60,216 nucleotides of DNA. Source: Anaerolineae bacterium. Lineage in GTDB: Bacteria; Chloroflexota; Anaerolineae; CG2-30-64-16. The notes below the pieces were generated by a model, which was given only the letters and a program-made list of their open reading frames with translations, did no database searches and was not told the DNA's origin. Positions 46,501 through 56,550 of this stretch are shown here, piece by piece. Positions within the stretch are counted from its first letter, which is position 1; every line of letters starts with the position of its first letter. The DNA lies in contig DAOUGK010000025.1 of the NCBI GenBank assembly GCA_034429055.1, positions 1 through 60,216 of the forward strand, read 5' to 3'. A program made the position numbers and the translations under genes.

Positions 46501-47766
46501 CGGCGCGGCGGGCTGCTGGACAGGCGGGGGTGCTGCGAGACCCTTGTGCGCCATGAGCGGCAGATAGCTGAGGCGCTGTGGACCGACCTGGAGCACGTGC
46601 TCGTACGCGCCCTGGCCCGGCAGCGCCAGCATGTCGCCCGCGGCAATCTCCGGGTTGGACAGGGCCGCGCGCGGGGTCGCGGACCAGAGGTACGGATAGG
46701 TCTCGAAGTCGTCCAGCAGCGGCGGGTAGTACGCCTCATTGTCCAGGATGTTCACCCGCGCCAACGGCGGCATGCCCATCGCGAGGCCGCCGGTCGGGTT
46801 GGACAGCTCGACCAGCACGCCGCGTTCGCCCTGGAACTTGGCGTCGTCAATCGTCTGCACCGCGAACGACTGCTGGGTGACGCCCGGCGGGAAGGTCAAC
46901 GTACCGGAGGTCGGCACATAGTCGCGATTCGCAACTGCGGGGCCGGAGGTCGTCGCATAATCCACCGTCACCACATCGGCGGAAGGCTTGCTGAGCTTGG
47001 CCGTGATCGTTGCAGCATCGCCCTCGGTGACCGGATAGTTGAGCGTATTAAAGCCGACCGTCAGCGGCTTGACTGGTGCAACACCGTAGACCGATACATC
47101 GTCCAGGTAGTAGGCCTTTGCGCCGCCCGTGCCCAGCGTGCCGAAGCCCCAGCCGTGCACCTCGGTCAGCCCGAAGCCGTCGTTCGGCGCGCCGTTGCCG
47201 ATCTCCTTGCGGGTCATGCTGGCGAACGGGAGCTCGATCAGCTTCCAGCCGGTGAAATCGTCCTTGAAGGCCAGGGTCCAGCGCTCGGCGTCGTCCCTGG
47301 TCGAGCCGGGGTTACGGTTGTCGAGCACATCCATGAACAGGTCAGTGCCCGTCCCCGTGCCGTAGAGATAGAAGGAGATGCCTGCGTACGCGCTCCAATC
47401 CTGGGTCACCCAGGCCGTGGCCCCGGCATTCTCGAAGGCATGGGTGACGCCGGCCCATGCCACGACATTGAGGTCCAGCTTCAGAACATGGTTCCCCGCG
47501 CCCCGCCCCGGCACTGACGGCGCCGGATCCGCATTGGTGGTCGAGATTGCAGCCGTGCTGTTGGGGTCCGCGAAGGTGTTGAACCCGATCGGCACCGAAC
47601 CATCCTGCCCGGCCGGCAGCCCGGCCTCGAAGTCGTCCACGAGGGGCAGCGCGGCGCTCGCGGCCGCCACCCGCGCCTGAGCCTGCGGGCCGGGGAGCAC
47701 GAGCGCGCCGCCGAGCAGCAGACTCAGAATCGCGGCCAAATTAACAAAAGTGGTCGTTAGCTTCAT
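43537..47766 (-). CDS. Secreted multidomain GH16 glucanase (mirror copy)
   Basis: Exact twin of 12451-16680. Confidence 0.9.
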   Translation of the reverse strand: MKLTTTFVNLAAILSLLLGGALVLPGPQAQARVAAASAALPLVDDFEAGLPAGQDGSVPIGFNTFADPNSTAAISTTNADPAPSVPGRGAGNHVLKLDLNVVAWAGVTHAFENAGATAWVTQDWSAYAGISFYLYGTGTGTDLFMDVLDNRNPGSTRDDAERWTLAFKDDFTGWKLIELPFASMTRKEIGNGAPNDGFGLTEVHGWGFGTLGTGGAKAYYLDDVSVYGVAPVKPLTVGFNTLNYPVTEGDAATITAKLSKPSADVVTVDYATTSGPAVANRDYVPTSGTLTFPPGVTQQSFAVQTIDDAKFQGERGVLVELSNPTGGLAMGMPPLARVNILDNEAYYPPLLDDFETYPYLWSATPRAALSNPEIAAGDMLALPGQGAYEHVLQVGPQRLSYLPLMAHKGLAAPPPVQQPAAPPTQRFGRTFPVGQDWSAASGLSFWYYGRNSGKAVQVALTNDLAAPTNPANWQLVWRDEFNTAAGAPPNPRVWGNEVGDGTVNGIPGWGNDELEYYTPGGTNASTDGQGHLVITTAAADGSLQCYYGPCKYTSARLLTKNRFEVAYGRVEARVKVPVGAGLWPAFWMLGTDIDRVGWPLTGEIDIMEHVGRLPNEIFGTLHGPGYSGGNSYGKVVDLGKPVADEFHTFAVEWQPNKITWFLDGVAYFTATPADPFLAGKQWVYNHPFYMLLNVAVGGNFGGAVSPDTVFPQQTLVDYVRLYQAAPQPVSFATSFVDNFSGWQQISLPFTAFKDAVGTTLDPSAVRSISFGVPAPLRTPVLLDQVRLTYDDATPPTVDITSSAAGQTAAGPVTFTFTFSEDIGTSFTADDIAVTGGAAGTFTRVSGTLATLVVTPPANATGTITVSVAAGKFYDLAYNANTAAASLDQVYDTKSVVLNGLPVTFDDPAVTYTLTGFGGAEAASVVTDPAGGTNKVAQVTKSATAELWAGVTVSTEPGNSLAPIPFTATAKTITVRVWSPTAGVPIRLKVEDASDGSKSCETEATTTVANAWETLTFDFANPAAGTAPLNLATTYNRMSVFPNFGKTGAQIGGASTYYFDDFAMGGGVVLNGLPVTFDDPAVTYTLTGFGGAEAASVVADPAGGTNKVAQVTKSATAELWAGVTVSTEPGNSLAPIPFTATAKTITVRVWSPTAGVPIRLKVEDAADGSKSCETEATTTVANAWETLTFDFANPAAGTAPLNLATTYNRMSVFPNFGKTGAQIGGASTYYFDDFAMGGGVVLNGLPVTFDDPAVTYTLTGFGGAEAASVVTDPAGGTNKVAQVAKSATAELWAGVTVSTEPGNSLAPIPFTATAKTITVRVWSPTAGVPIRLKVEDAADGSKSCETEATTTVANAWETLTFDFANPAAGTAPLNLATTYNRMSVFPNFGKTGAQIGGASTYYFDDFAFVP
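43540..45084. repeat. Three tandem 516-bp coding repeats (mirror copy)
   Basis: Exact twin of 15133-16677. Confidence 0.95.
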
Positions 47767-47825
47767 GACTGAACTCCTCTGACGATATGGGCTCTGCGGG
47801 TTCATGGAACCCGCAGAGCTTGGCG

Positions 47826-48635
47826 TTACGAGTCCGCCACCTGAAAGACCCGTACGTAGTCCACCTGCAACTGCGTGGGGAAAGCCGTGTCGAGGCCGAT
47901 CGTGCCGCCCAGCGTGCCTCCTATCGCCAGGTTCAGGATGATGAAGAACGGCTGGTCAAAGACCCACTGGCGGTCGCCTACATCGGCGCTGGTCAGTGTG
48001 AAATACTCGGCGCCGTCATAGAACCATTTGATCTGGCCGGCCTGCCATTCGATGGCGAAGGTGTGGAAATCGTCGGCGAGGTTGTAGGTCTGCCGGTTCC
48101 ACCGGCTCAATCCGAGCGCGCCCGAATAGCCCGGCCCGTGGGCAGTGCCCATGACCAGGTCCGGCTCACGGCCAACGTACTCCATGATATCAATTTCGCC
48201 GCAATCGGGCCAGTTCGTGCCGTCGAAGCCTGCGCCTAACATCCAGAACGCGGGCCACAGCCCTGCGCCGGCGGGCACCTTGATGCGCGCCTCGATCCGG
48301 CCGTACTGGAATTCCTGCAGCCCTTGCGTCTTCAGCCGCGCTGAGGTGTAGTAGGAGCCCTCGTACTTTTCCTGCCTGGCCTCGATGATGAGCAGACCAT
48401 CCTCGACGTGCGCGTTTTCCGGCCGGTCGGTGTAGAATTGGGCCTCCCCATTGCCCCACCCCGAGCCGCCGAGGTCGTAGGTCCAGTTGGCCTTGTCAAC
48501 CGCCTTGCCGTCGAATTCGTCGTGCCAGACCAACTGCCAACCCTCCGGCACAGGGACGGGCGTGGCAGCGGGCGCGCAGGCTGTCAGCAGCAGTATCAGC
48601 GTCAGGAGAAGGGTTACGGCACGTGTCTTCTTCAT
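47826..48635 (-). CDS. GH16 laminarinase-type lipoprotein (mirror copy)
   Basis: Exact twin of 11582-12391. Confidence 0.9.
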   Translation of the reverse strand: MKKTRAVTLLLTLILLLTACAPAATPVPVPEGWQLVWHDEFDGKAVDKANWTYDLGGSGWGNGEAQFYTDRPENAHVEDGLLIIEARQEKYEGSYYTSARLKTQGLQEFQYGRIEARIKVPAGAGLWPAFWMLGAGFDGTNWPDCGEIDIMEYVGREPDLVMGTAHGPGYSGALGLSRWNRQTYNLADDFHTFAIEWQAGQIKWFYDGAEYFTLTSADVGDRQWVFDQPFFIILNLAIGGTLGGTIGLDTAFPTQLQVDYVRVFQVADS

Positions 48636-48647
48636 TTTGTCCCTTCG

Positions 48648-48682
48648 GTTGTTTCGGGCGGCCGGGAGCCGCCCGAAACAAC
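48648..48682 (-). other. 15-bp stem-loop upstream of the GH16 gene (mirror copy)
   Basis: Exact twin of 11535-11569. Confidence 0.6.
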
Positions 48683-48699
48683 TGTGAAAACAGACTCCA

Positions 48700-48939
48700 G
48701 TACCTCGTCACGGTGAACATGATGTGCCGTCTAGTACCTCGCCACGGTGATCATGATGTGTAGTCTAGGGCCTTGTGCCCGTCCGGACGCCCACGCGGCT
48801 ACGCCCACAAGGGGCTACGCTACGTTCCTCAAAATCAGCGTGGCGCACTACTAGGGCCTTGTGCCCGCCCTGACGCACACGCAGCTACGCCCACAAGGGG
48901 CTACGCTACGCTCCTCAAAATCAGCGTGGCGCACTACTA
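48700..48939. repeat. Compound intergenic tandem repeat, 2 x 34 bp + 2 x 86 bp (mirror copy)
   Basis: Exact twin of 11278-11517. Confidence 0.9.
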
Positions 48940-49800
48940 GCCTTTGACCGCGCCTTGGGTCAGGCCGGACACGATGTAGCGCTGCAGCACCAGGAAGATG
49001 ATGACCATCGGCAGCGTCATGATCAGGACCGCGGCTGCCAGCGTCGGCCAGTTGCTGCCGTAGACGCCCTGGAACACGATCATGCCGCGCGTGATGGGAT
49101 AGTAGTTCTGGTTGGTCAGGTAGATGGTCGGCAGGATCAGCTCGTTCCAGATGCCGATGGCGTGCAGCACGGCCACCGTGGCGATGGCCGGCTGGATCAG
49201 CGGGAAGACCACGGTAAGCACGAAACGGAAGTAGCCGCAGCCGTCGATCGCGGCCGCCTCATCCATCTCTTTCGGAAGGGTCTTGATGTAGTTGACCAGG
49301 ATGATGATCCCGATGGGGTTCACCAGGAACAACAGGACGTAGCCGAACGGGTTGTTGTACAGCCCCAACGACAACATCAGCTGGAACTGGGGAATCAACG
49401 CCACGGGCAGGAACAGGGCGATCACGAACAGGGTCAGCAGGACCTTGGCGCCCTTGACGTAGCCGCGCGAGATGGGGAACGCGACAAACACCGCCGTGAC
49501 AAGGTAGATGACCGTCGCGGAGACCGTGTAGAGCACGGTGTTGGTCAGGTACCGGGGGAAATTGGCCCTCGTCCACGCCTCGGTGAAATTCTTGAAGTTC
49601 AGCGACGTGGGCAGGGAGGTCGCGTTCTTCATGAAGTCGGGCAACGTCTTCAGAGACGTGCTGACCAGCATGAGCAGCGGGCCCAGATAGATGATCGCGA
49701 AGAGCACCAGGAGCACATAGGAGAGGATGCGTCCCCAATTGATCGTCCTGGTATCGGTCACCTTCCGGGCAGTTGGTGCAGTCGCAACAGTTGTGCTCAT
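48937..49800 (-). CDS. ABC sugar transporter permease, MalG/UgpE-like (mirror copy)
   Basis: Exact twin of 10417-11280. Confidence 0.92.
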   Translation of the reverse strand: MSTTVATAPTARKVTDTRTINWGRILSYVLLVLFAIIYLGPLLMLVSTSLKTLPDFMKNATSLPTSLNFKNFTEAWTRANFPRYLTNTVLYTVSATVIYLVTAVFVAFPISRGYVKGAKVLLTLFVIALFLPVALIPQFQLMLSLGLYNNPFGYVLLFLVNPIGIIILVNYIKTLPKEMDEAAAIDGCGYFRFVLTVVFPLIQPAIATVAVLHAIGIWNELILPTIYLTNQNYYPITRGMIVFQGVYGSNWPTLAAAVLIMTLPMVIIFLVLQRYIVSGLTQGAVKG

Positions 49801-50723
49801 CCCATGACCCTTTCTTCTCTGCGCCGCAGCACGGTCTGGACGATCATGCCGATCACCAGCACGAGGATGAACAGCACGATCGAGGCGGCTGCAGCATAGC
49901 CTTGCCGGAACGCACTGGTGACGCTGCCGGAGGTCTGACCGAAGCCTTGGGCGAAGATCAGATAGCCGAGAACCTGTGTCCCGTTGCGGTAACCGAGGAG
50001 CACCAGGAACAGTTGCCAGGCCTGAAGCGAGCCGATGATGTTCAGGAGCAGGTTGGTGTTCACGACCGGCGTCAGGAGGGGCCACACCACGTTGCGGAAG
50101 ACGTGCCACGAGCCGGCGCCATCGATGCGCGCCGCCTCGTAAAGTTCGTCCGGAATGGTCTGGAGGCCGGAGATGAAGATCATCATCGTCGTGCCCATGT
50201 TGGCCCAGATCTGCACGACGATCACCCAGGCGAACGCCTGGCTGGCCTGCCCGCCGAGAAACTCAGACTTCAGCCCGAACAGGCCCAACAACTGGGCCAT
50301 CGGGCCGCCCAGGGGGTAGAGAAAGAGGGACCAGATCAGGCCCTGGATTACCGCGCCCAGGATGACAGGCATGAAGTAGACGGTGCGGAAGAAGTTGACG
50401 CCCCGCAGCTTCTGATTCACGAGCAGGGCAATGACCAGCCCCAGGGTGAACTGGATGGTCGTCACGAAGAAGCAGAAGATCAGCGTACGCCAGAGCGCGC
50501 TGTAGTTGTCGAGCGAGGCCTGGCCCATGAAGAGGAATTCGCGATAGTTCGCCAACCCCACCCAGTTGATGGGCGCACCCTTGATGCCGGTGGCATCGGT
50601 GAACGAATAGACGGCGGTTGCGAGCGACGGGCCCAGGCTGATCAACAGGTAGAAGAAGATCCCTGGCAGGAGCAACAGATAGGGCAGCCACCTGGACCTG
50701 CCGTGACCGAAGTGATAGTTCAT
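49797..50723 (-). CDS. ABC sugar transporter permease, MalF/UgpA-like (mirror copy)
   Basis: Exact twin of 9494-10420. Confidence 0.92.
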   Translation of the reverse strand: MNYHFGHGRSRWLPYLLLLPGIFFYLLISLGPSLATAVYSFTDATGIKGAPINWVGLANYREFLFMGQASLDNYSALWRTLIFCFFVTTIQFTLGLVIALLVNQKLRGVNFFRTVYFMPVILGAVIQGLIWSLFLYPLGGPMAQLLGLFGLKSEFLGGQASQAFAWVIVVQIWANMGTTMMIFISGLQTIPDELYEAARIDGAGSWHVFRNVVWPLLTPVVNTNLLLNIIGSLQAWQLFLVLLGYRNGTQVLGYLIFAQGFGQTSGSVTSAFRQGYAAAASIVLFILVLVIGMIVQTVLRRREERVMG

Positions 50724-50807
50724 GGCGTGCCTCCATGCGATATGGCTGTGGGCTTCTCGAAGATCGGACGAGAAGCCCACAGCGGGAAGGCCGGTCCGGC
50801 TGACGGC

Positions 50808-52157
50808 CTACTGGTTCGCGTCCAGCCCGGATTGCAGGTCAGCCTGCACCTTGTTCGCCAGTTCTTGCGGGTCGTCGTATTCGCCGAACGGCTTGAAGTA
50901 CGAAGCCCAGGGGTTGGCGTACTGGCCGGCGCCCTTCGGCGCGATCCAGTACTGCTCGAAGCCCACGCGGAAGTTGGCGAGATACGGTGCAACTTCCTGG
51001 CCGATCTTGGTTTCCAACTTGGCGCCCGGCTGGGTGGGGATGAAGCCGACCGCATTGGCAAACGCCTGGTAGTTGGCCGGGGCCGAGAACTCGGTCAGGT
51101 ACTTCATGGCCGCGTCCGTGTTGGCGGTCTTGGCGGCTACGGCCCAGCCCTGGTCGTACTTGCCGAACAGGTACTTGTTGTCGTCGGCGTTGTCGCTGCC
51201 GGGGAAGGGGATGTAGCCCCACTCGAAGGCCGGTTCGGCCGCGTCGATGGCCGAGGCGTACCAGGTGCCGCCGGGGAACATGGCGACCGCACCGGAGGCA
51301 AAGCGCCCAGGCGCCGCGTCACCCGCGATGCCGCTGGCGCCCGATTCCATCATGTCCTGGGTGTAGACCTTCATCCGCTGCCACATGTCCAGGGCCTTGG
51401 CATCGTTCCACTTGATGCTGCCGGTCCACAGCCCCTCGACCAGGGCGGCCTGGTCAGGATAGAGCGCGCCCGTCAGGCCGTACGCGCCCACGAAGATGGG
51501 CCAGCCGTCCTTGCCGCCCGCGGTCATGCACGGGATGTTGGCTGCTTTGAAGGTTTCGCAGGCAGCCACCAGCTCGCCCCAGGTGGTGGGGACTTTAACA
51601 TTGTTCGCAGTGAACATGTCCTTGTTGTAGTAGATGCCGCTGTAGGAAACGCGGCCCAGGTTGATCGAATAGACCTTGCCGTTGTAGGTACCGGCGTCCT
51701 TGATCGTCGCCTCGTCGTAGTTCTTGACGAACGGCTGATCCGTGAGGTCCATCAACAGGCCGGCCTCGATCAGGGTCTGCCAATTGGGCTGGGTGACGTT
51801 CTTCATGTACGGCTGGGCCGCATTCGCGAAGCCGAAGATATCTACGACATCCACGTCATTGGCGGTCAGCCGGGTCTGGGTGACGGTGCTCAGGTCGTTG
51901 GCGTTCACGACCGACATATCCACGGTGATGTTGGGATATTTGGCCTGGAACTTCTCATTGAAGGTGTTCATGAACTCCACCATGGGCGGATTCTGGTGGA
52001 CGAGCACCTTCAGGGTCACTTTGGCATCCGCAGCGGGGGCCTGGGCCGCTCCGCCTGCTGCCGTGGACGGCGCCGGGGTGGCCGAGCCGCCGCAAGCGGA
52101 CAGCACGGTTGCCAGCACGATCAACATGCTGACGAGGGTCACGATCTTCCTGGACAT
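50808..52157 (-). CDS. ABC transporter solute-binding lipoprotein (mirror copy)
   Basis: Exact twin of 8060-9409. Confidence 0.9.
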   Translation of the reverse strand: MSRKIVTLVSMLIVLATVLSACGGSATPAPSTAAGGAAQAPAADAKVTLKVLVHQNPPMVEFMNTFNEKFQAKYPNITVDMSVVNANDLSTVTQTRLTANDVDVVDIFGFANAAQPYMKNVTQPNWQTLIEAGLLMDLTDQPFVKNYDEATIKDAGTYNGKVYSINLGRVSYSGIYYNKDMFTANNVKVPTTWGELVAACETFKAANIPCMTAGGKDGWPIFVGAYGLTGALYPDQAALVEGLWTGSIKWNDAKALDMWQRMKVYTQDMMESGASGIAGDAAPGRFASGAVAMFPGGTWYASAIDAAEPAFEWGYIPFPGSDNADDNKYLFGKYDQGWAVAAKTANTDAAMKYLTEFSAPANYQAFANAVGFIPTQPGAKLETKIGQEVAPYLANFRVGFEQYWIAPKGAGQYANPWASYFKPFGEYDDPQELANKVQADLQSGLDANQ

Positions 52158-52275
52158 GAGAGTCTTCTCCTTATACCGGATTATGAAAGGATTGGTTGGA
52201 ACAACATCTAGCTGATCACGATTTGGGATTATCAATGGGCTGCGCCACCTCCTTCGGAAATCCTGAAAGCGCTTC

Positions 52276-52336
52276 CAGTCACTGGCGAAGGAATCGCTGG
52301 CGAAAGGATTGCTGGCGAAAGGATCGCTGGCGAAAA
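52276..52336. repeat. Four tandem 15-16-bp direct repeats (mirror copy)
   Basis: Exact twin of 7881-7941. Confidence 0.85.
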
Positions 52337-52349
52337 AAGAAGGTGCGGC

Positions 52350-52574
52350 TCATGCGCTGGTATCCTGGTCCGGCCGATCCAGGGCCGATTCACTGGTGCG
52401 GCTGGCGGCCAGGAGCCGCGCGATGGGATTGGGCTGGTAGCCGTGTTCGCCGATAACCTGCCAGACCCGTTCGCGCACTTCGGGCCGCACGTGGGGATGT
52501 CCGTTGATGACGCGCGAAGCGGTCGAGCGTGAGACGCCCGCCAATTGAGCGATTTGCTGAAGGGTGAGTGTCAT
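52350..52574 (-). CDS. Stand-alone LacI-family HTH domain protein (mirror copy)
   Basis: Exact twin of 7643-7867. Confidence 0.7.
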   Translation of the reverse strand: MTLTLQQIAQLAGVSRSTASRVINGHPHVRPEVRERVWQVIGEHGYQPNPIARLLAASRTSESALDRPDQDTSA

Positions 52575-52760
52575 GCTGTCCCCCGCACATTGGGCTGGGA
52601 TCGCTTCCACAACTGAACATGATTCTATCGGGTTAATTGAAGGGGGGCTTGCCCAAAAGCGTACGGAACATGCAGGATTCCGCTAAGATGCAAGAATTGG
52701 GGGGGAAAAGAGGCCGCGGGCCAGGCGGGTGCACAGTGCCCGGCACGCGCAAAGCGAGGG

Positions 52761-55700
52761 TTACGAGCGCCGATATGCCTCCGGCGACACACCCGTCTCA
52801 CGGCGGAAGATGCGACTGAAATAGCTGCTGCTGGAGAAGCCCACGTCCAGCGCAATCTCGGTGATGCTCTTGTGCGTATTTGCCAGCAGTTGGCGGGCCT
52901 GCTCCACACGATAACGGTTGAGGTAAGCCACCGGCGTCAGGCCGAGTTCCTTATGAAAGCAACTGGTGAGATAGTCATCGCTCAGGCCGACGTGCGCGGC
53001 GATTGCCTGGCGCGAGAGCGGCTCGGCGTAGTGCGCCTGAATATAGGCCATCGCCTGGCGCACCAGGCGTTGCGCTTCGCTGCTCAAGACCCGCTTGCGC
53101 GCCAGCGCGCCGTCCAGGTGGGCCAGCGTTTCTTCGAGGTTGAATACGCCCTTGCTCAACACCCGCGTTACACCGATATTCAACCGGCTCATCTCCGGCT
53201 CGGTGAGCGTCTGACCGGTGACGACGATGACCGGGATGGTGCGCGTGGCCTCGCGTTCCCGCATTGCTGCCAGCACGGCAAAGCCGTCCATTTCCGGCAT
53301 CATCAGATCCAGCAGCACCAGATCGACGTGTTCGCGCTGCAGGATGTCCAGCGCCGCCAACCCGTTGCGCGCTTGCAGCACACGATTGGCAGGCGAATGT
53401 CGGCGCACGATGCGCGCGTGCATCTCCAGGGTGTCCGGGTCATCGTCGACCACCAGAAACACGCGCTGCGACGTCGGGGAGGACACCGCATCCGGCAGCA
53501 GCCACTGCTGATCGAGCGCGCGCGTCAGCTCGGCCAGTTCGATCGGCTTGGTGAGATAGTCCAGTTCCAGGACTGCGCCGCTGTCCTGCGAGAGCGCGTA
53601 GAAGAGCACAGGAATCTCCTGTGTTCTGGAGTCGGCCTTAAGCATCTTCAGCACATGCCAGGCCTGATCCGATGCCTGGGTCACATCGAGCACAATCGCG
53701 GTGGGGGGTGCGGCCAGGAGCAGAGGTTGCCAGTTCGAGGGCTGATCCGGCAGGGCCATCTGCACCTCAAAGCCGTGCTGCTGTAAGTGCACGCGCAGGC
53801 GCTCGCTGGTGTCCGGCGACGGGGTAAGCACCAGGACGCCCCCTTCGCTCCCCGCCGCCGACGCGGCAACCGGTACCTGGACGGCCGGCGGTTCGACGAC
53901 CGGCAAGGTGAAGTAGAAGGTCGAGCCAGCGCCCTCGTGCCCGGTAGACTCCACGCCGATCGTGCCGCCGTGCAGCTCGATCAGACGCCGGCAGATCGCC
54001 AGCCCCAGGCCCAGGCCGCTGTAGCCGCGGGTGATGCTCCGCTCCGACCGGCGGAAGTCCGCGAAGATCGCGGCCTGCTCCTCTAGCGGGATGCCCAGCC
54101 CTGTGTCGCGCACGCTGACGGTGACAGACCCGGCGCCAAGCTCCACCGCCAGGGAGACTTCTCCGTACGTCGTAAATTTGATAGCGTTGCTGATGAAGTT
54201 CAGCGCCACCTGTGATAGCCGGGTGCGATCGCCCCAGACCCACGGCCCCGATTCGGGAAGGGTCGCACGCCATCCGAGCCCCTTATCCGCCGCAAGCCTC
54301 CGACCGGTCTCCACCGCCGTCTGTAGAGTCTGTCCCAGATCCACGAGCTGATTGGTCAGCCGCAACTGTCCGGCATCGCTGCTGGCAAGGTCCAGCACGT
54401 CACCAATCAGCCGGCCCAGATGCTGAGCGTTGGCGTTCAGGCGCGCCAGATCGTTCAGCGCGGCCGGGGGCAGCGGCAGAGCGCCCCGCTCACTGTCGCG
54501 CAGGAGGATCTCGCCCAGACCGACAATCAGGTTCAGCGGCGTGCGCAACTCATGGCTCACGGTCGAAAGGAAACGGCTCTTCATCCGGTCCGCTTCTTCG
54601 GCCAGGCGCCGGCCCTCAGTGGCCTCACGATACAACTGTGCGGTGTTGAGGGCGCCGGCAATCTGTTGTGCGATCGCACCATAGAGCTCCAGATGACCGG
54701 TATCGAACGCCACGTATCCCAGCTGGCCGTGCGGGTTCACCAGCGGCAACAATGCCTGACTGAAGGGCTGCTCGGCCGCGCAGAGGCCGGCAGGTGGATA
54801 GTCTCGGGTGGGGAAACGGCACGTCGGCTGTCCGGCGGCTGTGACGGAGCGCAGGGAGCTCCATGCCACGGGGTCCTCGCCTTCAGCCTCAAAAAGGGCC
54901 ACGACCGCAGTTCGGATGCCCATTTCGGGCAAGTGCTGCGCCAAAATCTGATAGACTTGGGTTTCGTCAAGCGCGGTGAGGAGGCGCGCCGTCAACAGCC
55001 CGATGCGGCCGTCCGTCCAGCTTTGGTCCACGACAAACTGCTGCCTCTGGCGCAGTGTGGCGGCGCTGATTGCCACGCGCGCCTGCTCCAACAATTCCCG
55101 CGCGAAATCCCGCGTCGCAGGCTGGTCCCAGTCGGCCAACAGGGCAGGCATCTCGCAGCCCAGCTGCGAGAGCACCCCTTGCCAGATATGTGTGTCAATC
55201 CCCTCCCCGGCCGTGGCGCGGAGCAGATCAGCCAGATTCTGTTGGAAGACAGACACCTCGCGCTGTTCGACACTCAGGATGAAGGCATGGACAAGATCGT
55301 GACAGCGTTGGCGCATGGCTGTCGCGTAAGAGCCCTGGGTCTCAGCCAGGACGGTCTCGACCATTGCCTGCACCAGGCGCGCGCGTCGATCAGCCGACTG
55401 ACTCGTCTCGACCGCAGATTCCGCCGACCCAGAAGGTAGGCGCTGGGCACGAAGAGCCGTCCAGCCACAGCCGCACGATTCACGCGGCACAAGACGGGTG
55501 GCAATCTTCACGGGTTCGACCGCTGCAGGCCGGCCGTTAATCTGCTGCAGGAGCAGCTCGACCGCGCGATAACCCATGTTGACCAGGGGAATGTGGACGC
55601 TGGTTAACGGCGGTTCCTGCACCGCACATTCCGGGCGGTCATCGAAGCCGATGACCGCCACATCACGCGGAACGTCCAGACCGGCGCTGCGGAGTACTTG

Positions 55701-56420
55701 CAGTGCACCGAAGGCCGACTCATCGTTGCTCGCCAGAACCGCGGTGAACGCCGCACCTGAGTCGATGATCTGGCGCATGGCTGCTTCGCCGCCATCGTAG
55801 GTGTGCCGGCCGTAGGCCACCAGGCGCTCGTCAAAGCCCAACCCAGGTTGGGCCCCCAACCCAGGTTGGGCCGCCGGCGTATGCTGAGCGAGCGCGGTGC
55901 GATAGGCGGTCAGCCGGGCGCCGGTGTCACCGGACATATCTGCCGGGCTGCCGGCGATGAAGGCGATGCGCCGGTGGCCATGCTCGCTCAGGTGCTCCAG
56001 CGCAATCTGGATGCCCCCGGCATTGTCGGCAACAATCGTCGGGCCGTCTTCTCCGGAGCCAATAAATTGCACCGGGTGACCGGCCGCCCTCACCTGTTGC
56101 AGGTCATGCGAACGCGCTTCTGAATGCAGCGGATTGATCGCGATCAGGCCATCCGTGTTCCACGGCCCAATCGGAACAAAGTCGGTTTCTGGCGAAAGGA
56201 AGGGCCACGCGGGGCGCAGAGGATCGCTGGAGGTTGCGGTCGGCCCTAACCCGCAGCCTAAAAGGAGATTGCAGCCCAAGTCAGCCGCGGCCTGGCGGAT
56301 TCCGCGAAAGATGGGGTTCAGGTAGCTCAACGGCCTGGCCGTCCAGTAGATTTGCCAGCCGGCCAGGACCCCAATGGTCGGACGGCTCCGATAGAAGGTC
56401 GGTGACACAAGATGCCTCAT
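52761..56420 (-). CDS. Hybrid LacI-LBD/GAF/histidine kinase/receiver/AraC sensor-regulator (mirror copy)
   Basis: Exact twin of 3797-7456. Confidence 0.9.
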   Translation of the reverse strand: MRHLVSPTFYRSRPTIGVLAGWQIYWTARPLSYLNPIFRGIRQAAADLGCNLLLGCGLGPTATSSDPLRPAWPFLSPETDFVPIGPWNTDGLIAINPLHSEARSHDLQQVRAAGHPVQFIGSGEDGPTIVADNAGGIQIALEHLSEHGHRRIAFIAGSPADMSGDTGARLTAYRTALAQHTPAAQPGLGAQPGLGFDERLVAYGRHTYDGGEAAMRQIIDSGAAFTAVLASNDESAFGALQVLRSAGLDVPRDVAVIGFDDRPECAVQEPPLTSVHIPLVNMGYRAVELLLQQINGRPAAVEPVKIATRLVPRESCGCGWTALRAQRLPSGSAESAVETSQSADRRARLVQAMVETVLAETQGSYATAMRQRCHDLVHAFILSVEQREVSVFQQNLADLLRATAGEGIDTHIWQGVLSQLGCEMPALLADWDQPATRDFARELLEQARVAISAATLRQRQQFVVDQSWTDGRIGLLTARLLTALDETQVYQILAQHLPEMGIRTAVVALFEAEGEDPVAWSSLRSVTAAGQPTCRFPTRDYPPAGLCAAEQPFSQALLPLVNPHGQLGYVAFDTGHLELYGAIAQQIAGALNTAQLYREATEGRRLAEEADRMKSRFLSTVSHELRTPLNLIVGLGEILLRDSERGALPLPPAALNDLARLNANAQHLGRLIGDVLDLASSDAGQLRLTNQLVDLGQTLQTAVETGRRLAADKGLGWRATLPESGPWVWGDRTRLSQVALNFISNAIKFTTYGEVSLAVELGAGSVTVSVRDTGLGIPLEEQAAIFADFRRSERSITRGYSGLGLGLAICRRLIELHGGTIGVESTGHEGAGSTFYFTLPVVEPPAVQVPVAASAAGSEGGVLVLTPSPDTSERLRVHLQQHGFEVQMALPDQPSNWQPLLLAAPPTAIVLDVTQASDQAWHVLKMLKADSRTQEIPVLFYALSQDSGAVLELDYLTKPIELAELTRALDQQWLLPDAVSSPTSQRVFLVVDDDPDTLEMHARIVRRHSPANRVLQARNGLAALDILQREHVDLVLLDLMMPEMDGFAVLAAMREREATRTIPVIVVTGQTLTEPEMSRLNIGVTRVLSKGVFNLEETLAHLDGALARKRVLSSEAQRLVRQAMAYIQAHYAEPLSRQAIAAHVGLSDDYLTSCFHKELGLTPVAYLNRYRVEQARQLLANTHKSITEIALDVGFSSSSYFSRIFRRETGVSPEAYRRS

Positions 56421-56550
56421 CGCTGCAAGACGCCACCGGCGCTAAGATTTATGGATCACATTCCGAGAGGATTATACTCCATAGAGCGGTTCCGGGAAAC
56501 CGGCCGCGCCGCATACATCGCCGCGGCTTCGAGGACAGACCTGGCGCGCG